A DNA stretch of 63,496 nucleotides, the filler included, from Octopus bimaculoides (Eukaryota): assembly GCF_001194135.2 (NCBI RefSeq). It is 4 parts of 4 records of this genome, joined end to end, with 100 filler letters (N's around TTAATTAATTAA, not from the genome) between each part and the next. Parts side by side here need not be neighbours in the genome. Positions count along the whole stretch, not along the records: positions 26,112 to 54,312 come from NC_068998.1; positions 54,413 to 59,761 come from NC_068995.1; positions 59,862 to 63,496 come from NC_069000.1; 1 more part is not named here. The stretch is one strand, 5' to 3'. Under the pieces are notes generated by a model. The model was not told the origin of the DNA. It saw only the letters and a program-made list of their open reading frames with translations, and did no database searches. The position numbers and the translations under genes were made by a program. Shown here piece after piece: positions 53,056-63,496 of this stretch. Each line of letters begins with the position of its first letter. The stretch's first letter is position 1.

Positions 53056-54130
53056 CTAATCTCACTGTCGGCACCCACATAATTTACTTCCTCCCCCACA
53101 TCCGCAAACCTAACAACCCTGGCCGCTCCATCGTCTCCGCCTGCAACTGCCCCACCGAACTCATCTCCAGATATCTTGACCGTGTCCTTGCCCCTTAGTG
53201 GCTTCCCTCTCCTCTCACATCCATGACACCAACCATGCTCTTCGTTTGTTCAACTCTTTCTCCTTCCCTCCTGGCCCCTCCAAACTTCTCTCCACTCTTA
53301 ACATCAAGAGTCTATACGCAGTGATTCCTCACCACGAGGGGCTGTATGCACTCCAAAATTTCCTTGACCTTCGACCCTACCTCCAACCTGACACATTCAC
53401 ACTCCTTCGTCTGGCCGAACTTGTCCTCTCTCTTAACTGCTTCTCGTTCGCGGGTGATTTTTACCAGCAATTCTCGGGTGTGGCCATGGGAACGAGAATG
53501 GACCCCGACTATGTGAACTTGTTCGTTGGTTACGTTGAGGCCCAAATATTCTCAAGTTTCACTGGTCCCACTCCTGAACTATACGGTCGTTATATTGACG
53601 ACTGCATCGGTGCGACCTCACTCTCCTGCGAACATCTAGACTCTTTCTTCACTTTTGTCAAATCTTTCCATCCTGCCCTCCACTTCTGCACTATTTCCGA
53701 CACCTCAGTCGCCTTTCTCGACATTTCGGTCAGCATTAATCACTCCACTCTCACCACCTCCATCCACTACAAACACAGGCACCCATCATCGACACTATCA
53801 TATCACTGACTCCTTCACCTGCACTTCTAGCAGCGTCATCTATTGCATCTCCAGCTCTCACTGTCCTTCTCTATACATCGGTCAAATAGCACGTCGCTTG
53901 GCTGATCGGTTCGCGGAACACCTCCTAGACATCCGACTCGGCAACGACACCCCGGTCTCGCGCCATTCCCGCTCTACCGGTCACTCTTTACAACACCTGT
54001 CTGTGTTCGGATTGTCCTTGCACAGGGCCCATCCGGACTCCCGTCTTCGCCGTGAGCAGGCATTATTCTTCTCTCTTTGTTCCTTTGCTCACATGGGCTC
54101 AATTCTCCTCTTTTCTTTATCTAATCCCCC
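53056..54130 (+). mobile_element. Penelope-like retroelement: RT plus GIY-YIG with an internal deletion
   Basis: RT: LNIKSLYAVIPH...GVAMGTRM...RYIDDC...FLDI...TSIHYK. In another frame: FTCTSSSVIYCISSSHCPSLYIGQIARRLADRFAEH. Confidence 0.9.
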
Positions 54131-54312
54131 TTCTCTCTTCCTCTCACACGTACTTCCTCCCACCCACCTCTCCTCTCTTGCTCTGGCCTCTACTTCCTCA
54201 CTTCACTCCTATCCACCTTCTCCCTTCCACCCTTTCCCTTCATCGTCACTCCTTCCCTCGTTACCCCACCCCTACACATTCCAACCCTACCATCCCATCC
54301 CATCCTACCCCT

Positions 54313-54412
54313 NNNNNNNNNNNNNNNNNNNNNNNNNNNNNNNNNNNNNNNNNNNNTTAATTAATTAANNNNNNNNNNNNNNNNNNNNNNNNNNNNNNNN
54401 NNNNNNNNNNNN
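54313..54412. other. Artificial scaffolding spacer
   Basis: 44N-TTAATTAATTAA-44N. Confidence 0.95.
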
Positions 54413-54963
54413 GTACGTATATACATACATATATATATATATATACACACGCATATATGATTGTGTGTGTTCACATACGTATACGCATATACATACATAT
54501 ATATAAAAAAAAGAGTGAGTTAAACATACATACATACATACACATACACATACACACTCACACATATACATACACATACACCTTGTTTTCACTCCTTGGA
54601 AACAACCTACTTGAGATACGTTTCTCTAATTGCTTTCTTAATGTAATTGCATACACACACGCACACACACACACACACAAACGCACTCACACATACGCAC
54701 GTACACATGCACACACACACATACACCCCTGACATTTACATGATGTATGTAAATATGTGTGCATGTGCGCGTGCATGCGTGCGTGCGTGTATGTATGTAT
54801 GTATGTACGTATGTATAGGCCAGCGGGGTGGCATCATTCGAAAGCTAAAATCATACAAGACGCATTGTGACCAGCGATGTATAACAACATCCGATAGGCT
54901 GATCGATCATGTGATCAGGCAATATATACGTGAGTTTGTGGATATATATGTATATACATATAT

Positions 54964-54998
<35 letters not shown>

Positions 54999-56540
54999 AA
55001 TATATATANNNNNNNNNNNNNNNNNNNNNNNNNNNNNNNNNNNNNNNNNNNNNNNNNNNNNNNNNNNNNNNNNNNNNNNNNNNNNNNNNNNNNNNNNNNN
55101 NNNNNNNNNNNNNNNNNNNNNNNNNNNNNNNNNNNNNNNNNNNNNNNNNNNNNNNNNNNNNNNNNNNNNNNNNNNNNNNNNNNNNNNNNNNNNNNNNNNN
55201 NNNNNNNNNNNNNNNNNNNNNNNNNNNNNNNNNNNNNNNNNNNNNNNNNNNNNNNNNNNNNNNNNNNNNNNNNNNNNNNNNNNNNNNNNNNNNNNNNNNN
55301 NNNNNNNNNNNNNNNNNNNNNNNNNNNNNNNNNNNNNNNNNNNNNNNNNNNNNNNNNNNNNNNNNNNNNNNNNNNNNNNNNNNNNNNNNNNNNNNNNNNN
55401 NNNNNNNNNNNNNNNNNNNNNNNNNNNNNNNNNNNNNNNNNNNNNNNNNNNNNNNNNNNNNNNNNNNNNNNNNNNNNNNNNNNNNNNNNNNNNNNNNNNN
55501 NNNNNNNNNNNNNNNNNNNNNNNNNNNNNNNNNNNNNNNNNNNNNNNNNNNNNNNNNNNNNNNNNNNNNNNNNNNNNNNNNNNNNNNNNNNNNNNNNNNN
55601 NNNNNNNNNNNNNNNNNNNNNNNNNNNNNNNNNNNNNNNNNNNNNNNNNNNNNNNNNNNNNNNNNNNNNNNNNNNNNNNNNNNNNNNNNNNNNNNNNNNN
55701 NNNNNNNNNNNNNNNNNNNNNNNNNNNNNNNNNNNNNNNNNNNNNNNNNNNNNNNNNNNNNNNNNNNNNNNNNNNNNNNNNNNNNNNNNNNNNNNNNNNN
55801 NNNNNNNNNNNNNNNNNNNNNNNNNNNNNNNNNNNNNNNNNNNNNNNNNNNNNNNNNNNNNNNNNNNNNNNNNNNNNNNNNNNNNNNNNNNNNNNNNNNT
55901 CTGAGAATGCGTGAAGAACGGCGAAACAACGAAGAAACTCTAAAGCATTTTCTGGTACTGGCGAAGGTATGGTTCTGTGGTTAAGTATTTCGTTTGGCAG
56001 CCATATGTCTTTCAGCACCGGTCCATCGGTTCCACTGCGTGAGCAAATGTCTTCTGTAACAGACTCAGATGAAACATTACTTCGTTATAGAATTTGGCAG
56101 AAGGAAAACGTGCAGAAGGGTTCTGAAAGAGAGAGAGTGGGGGGAGATTTAAAATATGCACATACTCTGAGTGACAGACTTACAACATACCGTAAACATA
56201 TATTCTTATATACCGGGGTCGTTAAATTAAGTACCAGTTGCGTACTGGTGTCGATCTAATCGACTGGCACCCTCTCTTGAAAAATTTCTGACTTTGTGCC
56301 TAGAGTAGAAAAGAATATGTTCTTATATACAGGCATACATACATGCATACATATATACATACATATATATATGTGTGTCTGTGTGTGTGAGTGTGTGTGT
56401 GTGTGCGTGTGTGTATGATATATGTTTATATGTGCATATATATACACACACACACATATATATATGTATTATAGTATATCTATAATATATGTATATTAAA
56501 TATAGTATATATAATATATATATATATATANNNNNNNNNN

Positions 56541-57545
56541 CGAATACGGTGGGTGAGGCATCGTTTCCCATTTAAACTGCTCCAGCCTTTGGAATGTCAT
56601 CCTCGCTGTATGTGGCCGAGCATTATCCTGATGGAAGAACATCTTTCGCCTTGAAAGCAAAGAAAGTCGTTTTTCTTCTAGCGCTGACGTAAGCCGCTCA
56701 AGCTGCTCACAGTAGATCTCATTTGTTATCGCCTGGTTTGGGTTTAAAAGTTCAAAGTGGACTAAACCTTTCATATCCCACCAAACAAATAACAACCCCT
56801 TACGTGGGTGAGTACCTTCTTTATCCAGGGGTGCTGGTGTTTCTCCTTTCCCTATCCACAGTCTTCAGCGCTTGACATTTTTATAGAGAACCCATTTCTC
56901 ATTACCAGTAACTATTCGGTCCAAAAAAAGGTTCATTCGGGAGACGTGACGACGAAGAAGAGCACACATTCACTCTCTGCGCGCGATTAGACTCGGAAAA
57001 TTTGTGAGGAACCCATTGATCCAATTTGCTGACTTTTCTGATGGCAGACAGATTTCGAAGAATGATTGAATGACCAAATCCAAGCTTCTCTGCTAGTTCC
57101 TCAACAGTTACGATAGGATTTTGTTCCAACAGGGTTTGCAGGACGTCCTCGTCCAGCTCTATAGAACTTCCAACACGAGGCTCGTTTTCTAAGGTGTAGT
57201 TTCCAGTTCGGAATTTCTGGAACCACCGTTGACACTAGTTTACGCTTATTGTCCGATCTCTATATACTGCATTAATATTCCTCACACATTCCGTTGCGTT
57301 GTTGCCTTTATTGAACTCATGAAGCAAAATATGCCGAATATGCTCCTTTGTCACTTCCATTATAGCTTTGAAAAAAATAACTATTAAAATCGAACTGCAC
57401 TCTTCAATACGTGCACTAAGAATAAGGATAAGGTGAAATTACTACTTGCTTTTATAGCAAGTTGATGCAGATAGTTTATTCCGTTCCCCTCTAGCTTTTA
57501 GTTAGTTCATGCAATTGAAAAACCCGCATTATTTATGGGATGACA
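56541..57545 (-). mobile_element. Mariner (Tc1/mariner) transposon, decayed transposase
   Basis: ATG at 57360 gives MEVTKEHIRHILLHEF...; also WVPH, VWWD, HQDNARPH and HPPYS motifs. TIR-like TCATCCCATAAATAATGCGG near 57525-57545. Frameshifts and stops; 3' end lost in a gap. Confidence 0.92.
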
Positions 57546-58026
57546 CACACACATATATGTATATATATATATACTTTTATACATATAAATATATTCCAAT
57601 CTATATATCTGCCCGTAGCCTGCATATGTCACGAGAAGATACACTTCTTCTCCTTAGAAGTTCCATTCGAATGTGAAAACCTGGACCAAATATTTTATGG
57701 GAGACCAGCAATTATCCATTTATATAAGTTCCACTATCGTCTCAGATGTAGCCGTCACAACGCTAAGAGCCCGGGCGTCTATTGTAAGACATTTGCTACA
57801 CATATACGCAAGTACAAGCATATTTTAATCTTTCTAGACAGACATACATTCTCATGCATGTATGCGTGTACAAAAACAGATACATAACATATACATACAT
57901 AGACGTATATCTCGGATGCAGTTGTGCATCGTTAACCAGCTAGATGAGATGTCTTCTTGGGGTTAAAAAAATCGCAGTAAAGTCCGTTCGAACGGACAAC
58001 CATGTTGAAGTGGCTACGGACACTAC

Positions 58027-58072
<46 letters not shown>

Positions 58073-58216
58073 NNNNNNNNNNNNNNNNNNNNNNNNNNNN
58101 NNNNNNNNNNNNNNNNNNNNNNNNNNNNNNNNNNNNNNNNNNNNNNNNNNNNNNNNNNNNNNNNNNNNNNNNNNNNNNNNNNNNNNNNNNNNNNNNNNNN
58201 NNNNNNNNNNNNNNNN

Positions 58217-58250
<34 letters not shown>

Positions 58251-58874
58251 TGTGCATACACATATATGCACATATACGCCTACGTACGGATGTGGTGTGT
58301 GTATTCCACAGAGGGTTAATGAGCTATTGTAAGACAGCAGGTGATTTTTATCCAGCCTTCATATAGTTTTGTGGAGGGGAGTTGACACTTAGTTGCAGGC
58401 AGACTGGAATAAATGGAACGAAATACTTTTACCGGAATTCAACCTATATCTCAATGTCGCTTTGCCGGAAGCTTCCATCCATTCTGAAGTATTGTTACAT
58501 CCACATACGCGAGCGTGCGCGCTCACTCACACACACATAGAGAGGTATATGCATATGGTTCAAATTGTATTATTTGATAATAATAATTTCTACCCTTATT
58601 ATTTACTTTTAAATATCCGTGTTCTCTAACCAGTACATACATACATACATACATACATAGACATATATAAATACATATCATATATAAGTATGCAAGCGCC
58701 CACACTAAGTTAAGCATAAAAGCATATACGCACGCGCAGAAACACCTACTCGTGCTGAGTCACGCACACAGAGTCACAAAGACTCGTTGACGCACACAAA
58801 CATTGAGATGAAACGAAGAGAATGAAGACGGAATTCTTCCTTAAGTTTTTATTGTTGAGTGACAACTTGCTAAT

Positions 58875-58878
<4 letters not shown>

Positions 58879-58931
<53 letters not shown>

Positions 58932-59134
58932 CAGAGAGACAGAGAGACAGAGAGAATGAGAAAGGCAGGTAGGCAGGCATACATACTGACAAAAGGAAGG
59001 CAGGTAAATTGGCAAAAAGACAGACAGAATGAAGGGACAAGGAGATTGAAAGAGAGAGAGAGAGAGAAATAGACAAAGAAAACGAAAGAAAATGAATTAG
59101 GAGAGGGAGACAGAGAGAGAGAAAGAGAACACGA

Positions 59135-59230
<96 letters not shown>

Positions 59231-59231
59231 A
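58879..59231. repeat. (GA)n/(GACAGA)n and (GAAA)n microsatellites
   Basis: Seen directly. Confidence 0.95.
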
Positions 59232-59761
59232 AATGCCACTCTTGTTTCTCAGCCAACATATAATTTCCTTTCTGTAAAATGGCGACAAAAACAGTTTTAT
59301 TTGGTTTGTCTTTATAAATATATTGAACCAAATCTTAGGATTCTAAGCACAATAAGCAGTAAAGGTTAAAATTTTATTCTAACAATCCAATCGTTGTCGT
59401 TGCTATTGTTGTGGGCCTGAAATAGGAGGCTTTTTATCAATGGCCTACCAACCATGACATACATAATCTAATCTTTCTTTCAATGGTATGGAAGGAGAAT
59501 TAATTAAGCGGGTATGTAGCCGTGAGAGAGAGAGCGTCCAATGTTTCGGATAAAACTCCTTCGGGAAGGAGAGTAATAATGGTTCCAATTGGCTGTTTGG
59601 TAAAGAGCTTACTTCCTAACCACATGGTTCCGGATTCAGTCTCACTGCGTGGCACTTTGGGCAAGTGTTTTCTACTACAACCTCGGCCTGACCAAAACCT
59701 TCTAAGGGAATTTGGTAGACGCAAACTGAAAGAAGACCGTTGTATATATATATATATATAT

Positions 59762-59861
59762 NNNNNNNNNNNNNNNNNNNNNNNNNNNNNNNNNNNNNNN
59801 NNNNNTTAATTAATTAANNNNNNNNNNNNNNNNNNNNNNNNNNNNNNNNNNNNNNNNNNNN
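59762..59861. other. Artificial scaffolding spacer
   Basis: 44N-TTAATTAATTAA-44N. Confidence 0.95.
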
Positions 59862-60981
59862 TCTCACTCTCTGCATGTTTGTGTGTGTGTATGTATATGT
59901 ATATATTATATGCATGAAGAAAAAAATTTTATACTGAAAAGATTTTGGAGTAATTTAAATTTAACTTTTATAATAATTATCATAATTGGGAATTACTATT
60001 ATTTTCTGTAAATCATATTTTGTTAAATACATTTGGCTTGAAGAAGAATTTGGTTTTGGAAATATATTTATTTGTGAGCAAATATCTCATCAAATTACAC
60101 ATATGAATTTCATTTTGTATGACCTATGAAAACCTTGCTGACATTATAACTTTTCCTAAACAATTATTTCATACTTTTCAAACAATAAATAAGTATTATA
60201 TTCATCATTTATACATATAAGTGAGCAAAATCACACAATTTTATATAAATTTATGCCCTAAAATGTTAATATGATTTAAATCAGTCTACAATGTTTTCAT
60301 ATGGTAACGTACAATAAAGTCATTGAATAAAAGTTAAGCCAACCATATTAGGCTCTCTATATAGAATAGTAGATATACATAGTTGATAATCTGAACCCCT
60401 CCCTTCACATTCATTAAACCATTATATTTGAAATAGTTTATATCAAAAGAAAGATTAGATTATATAATTATAACCCTTTGTTTCTCTATTAATGTATAAT
60501 CCGAATGAATATGCATCTATTTTCATATTTCAAATGATTTGGGTGGGGTAATTGCAGAGCATTAATTTTCATTATATAACTAAAAACTAAATAATATATT
60601 CCATTTTTTACCTTGGGCCAATATAACATGTTTTGAACTCATTATTTTAAAAGAAAAGAAAATAAACAAAGGTAGATGTTTAATGAGCTAAAATTATATA
60701 CACAAGTTTTATATTTTTTCATTAACTTTTAAATTTTATTTTTTATAGTAATGTTCCTTTAATTTTCCAAAATCATCCCAAATTCTAAAGTTGACATGGT
60801 TTGCTTAGCTTCTAACTTTCTATTTGAGCAAGGAAAATAGAATTAATATTCCATAATTTTTAAAGTAATGTGTACTAATAAACACATTTCATTTTCATTC
60901 CTTATTATAATATTCCAATTCCAAGATATTGTGTGTGCACCTGTATATGTGTGGGAGTGTGTGTGGTTGTATGACACATGG

Positions 60982-61052
<71 letters not shown>

Positions 61053-61585
61053 GTATGTATGTGTGTGTGTATGTCTGTGTATATGGATATAGTATGTATA
61101 TATAAATATAATGCATATACATATTATATATCTGTAATGCATATAGTAATATATGACATTTAATACATTTATATATACAGATATATACATACATGATACA
61201 TCATGCCATGTATATTACATGTGCATACACAAACCCACATGCATGAAGACTGTACTCCAGTATGTGCCTCAGTCATTGTGACTAAAACAAAACTAAAGAC
61301 ATGCACATACATATCTTTTTAAAAATTGGAATTAAAAAATTTCCCAACTTGGAAACCTTTCAGGCAAAATTTTACTTCATATTTTTATTCCTCTCCATCT
61401 TTGACAGTAAATTATTTTAGAAAAAATTTTCCTTGGTCATAAGCTTTTTTAAAACATGAAGTTGTTTTGAAAAGGTTTTCCAAAACCTGTATTTTACATG
61501 TATAATTGCAGTTATTGTTTTCACAGTTTATTTTTTTTACAAGTCTAGACAGATTGATTTTCAATATTATATTCCTTTTGTTCAG

Positions 61586-61717
61586 TTTGGTATGTTCGAA
61601 ACGATGACCAGTGCCTTTGTTGATGAATTCCCAGAATTATTGGCCAAAAGAAAGGTTCTCTTTACTGCTGGCATTTGCTTCGTGGAGTTTCTACTTGGCA
61701 TTCCCTTTGTTACACAA
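61586..61717 (+). CDS. SLC6 (neurotransmitter:sodium symporter) family transporter, internal exon; amino-acid/glycine-transporter-like
   Basis: FGMFETMTSAFVDEFPELLAKRKVLFTAGICFVEFLLGIPFVTQ matches the SLC6 TM8-TM9 region. TTCAG acceptor, GTAAG donor, phase 0/0. Confidence 0.9.
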
Positions 61718-62261
61718 GTAAGAATATTTTCTGTGATTTTCATGAAATGAAATGGAGTAAGACTTTTTGAGCCAACTAAGCTCATTTTCATAGATGAAAG
61801 GGAAAATTTAGATAAACTAGTCACAAAAATTGTAATCTTCTAACCATCCCAGATACTTAGACATTAACCATTTTCTCCTTCATCAATATACCTCAAGACC
61901 CAACAAGTGAGTTTCTACATGTCACTGTACCTGCTGGAAATAACAGTTAAATCCCATGCAGTTCATAACTTATCTTTAAAAAAGAGTATATTGTTTAATG
62001 TGGTCTTGGATTCCCAACACATAGGTAAAATATGGGATGTTTGTGGCTGGTATGCTTTTTATTATGGTAAAAGATTTGCTTGATTAGAGATGACTTGAGT
62101 TAAACCCAAGTCACCTCTAATCAAGCAACAATAACTATATCTTCACCATGTTCATCACCACCATCATAACTATTATTCCTACTATCACCATTTTTTACTA
62201 CCACCACTAATGCATCACTTCATATTACCTGTTTTAAATTTGGTTCTGTATTCTCCAACAG

Positions 62262-62361
62262 GGTGGAATTTACCTGCTACAAGTCGTTGATTGGTACTGC
62301 TCCACATTTTCCCTGATGATTCTTTCCTTGACGGAATGTGTGGTCATTTCTTGGATTTATG
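62262..62361 (+). CDS. SLC6 family transporter, next internal exon (100 nt)
   Basis: GGIYLLQVVDWYCSTFSLMILSLTECVVISWIY(G), the SLC6 TM10 pattern GGxYxxQxxDxY...E...WxYG. AACAG acceptor, GTATG donor, in frame with the previous exon. Confidence 0.92.
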
Positions 62362-62923
62362 GTATGTTCTTAGCCTATCACTCTACTGGGAATGGCCATT
62401 GCTGTTCCAATTTCAAATTTTATCTATGTCAACTTTTCTATTCTCCAGTGGAATACTATATTTTGTAACCAGTTCAGGTTAGGGGTTGTGTAGTAAAGAA
62501 TTTCAATTTGCAACTACATGGAATTAGATTCAATCTCTGAGTGGTATCTTGGACCAGTATCTTCAACTAGTGTATGAACTAACAAGTGAGCCACTTTGTA
62601 ATTGACTAGTACTTTGTTTATATCAGTCCCAGAATTAGGAAAAGGCAAAGCTGAGCCAGTCAGATCATTAAATATGTCACTGAATATTGGTTTCAAATTT
62701 TGGCACAAGGCCAGCAATTTTGGGGATGGAGTAAGTCGATTACATCAAGCCAAGTACTCAACTGATAAATATTTTATTGACTCCAAAAGGATGAAAGACA
62801 AAGTTGGCCCTTTCAGTATTTGAATTCATAATACAAAGTCGGAAGAAACATGCTAAATATTTTTACAGGCATGGTAACAAATCTGCCAGCTTACCTCCCT
62901 AATAATAATAATAATAATAATAA

Positions 62924-63496
62924 ATTAAGGCACCCTATGAATAAATGGCAGACAGTGCTACAGCTCCAAACAAAAGAGGGACTTGTGAAAATGACTGCTA
63001 TCCCCATTAGAAGAGGAATATTCCAGGGAGACACGCTCTCTCCACTCCTGTTCTGCCTGGCACTCACACCTTTAACTGAATTGCTAAATAGAACTGGATG
63101 CAGATACAAATGTTACGCAAAACAGTCAGCCACCTTTTATATATAGATGACCTGAAATTATACTCTAGAAATGATAAAGAGCTGGAAACACCACTACAGA
63201 CAGTACATGGATTTACCAAGGAAATAGATATGAAATTTGGATTAGAAAAATGTGCCAAAGCAACCCTGAAAAGAGGAAAACTAGTTAAGAGTAGCAACAT
63301 CACACTAGATAAAGCCAATGAAATAAGAGAATTAGACAAAAGCCAGCCATACAAATATTTAGGAATCAATGAACCAGATAGGATACAACACACACAAATG
63401 AAAGAAAAAATAAAGAAAGAGTACTATAGATGAGTTAGATCAATACTAAAAACAGAGCTCAATGCTAAAAACAAGATAATAGGTATTAACACTTTA
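62924..63496 (+). mobile_element. R4/Dong-clade retrotransposon reverse transcriptase fragment, 5'-truncated, in an SLC6 intron
   Basis: IRRGIFQGDTLSPLLFCLALTPL and KTVSHLLYIDDLKLY...MKFGLEKCAK...YKYLG. Frameshift near 63115, stop at 63431-63433. Begins directly after an (AAT)n run. Confidence 0.9.

Noticed and set aside
6882-58366. Long ORFs (200-490 aa) in the ORF track
   Set aside because: They are runs of N translated as X, flanked by (TA)n. Only the RTE part of 32187-33656 and the GIY-YIG part of 48949-50145 are real.
4350-61194. Many His/Thr, Tyr/Ile, Val/Cys and Ser/Leu/Phe-rich ORFs
   Set aside because: Translations of (CA)n, (TA)n, (GA)n and (TTTC)n microsatellites.

Overview
Repeat-rich animal genomic DNA from a gappy draft assembly, most likely an octopus (inferred from the SINE families and microsatellite load). 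It is not prokaryotic: no operons, rRNA or CRISPR. Three artificial 100-bp spacers (44 N + TTAATTAATTAA + 44 N) split it into four independently assembled blocks. Two host genes can be read directly. (1) The first five coding exons of mitochondrial methionyl-tRNA formyltransferase (MTFMT) lie on the minus strand, 42395 down to 28514; they splice in frame to 225 codons with GT-AG sites, and the 3' exons were not found. (2) Two internal exons of an SLC6 Na+/Cl- dependent transporter lie on the plus strand (61586-61717, 62262-62361). The rest is decayed mobile DNA (Tx1/L1, RTE, R4/Dong, Penelope-like and possibly HERO retroelements, a mariner transposase, MITEs, several SINE families) plus microsatellites. 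The most interesting unexplained signals are a strand-polarised cluster of nuclear-receptor half-sites with RORE/DR2 architecture at 2.5-3.4 kb, retrotransposons sitting in specific microsatellites, long hairpins and inverted SINE pairs around MTFMT exons, and a minimal uORF before MTFMT. I found no convincing novel protein-coding system.
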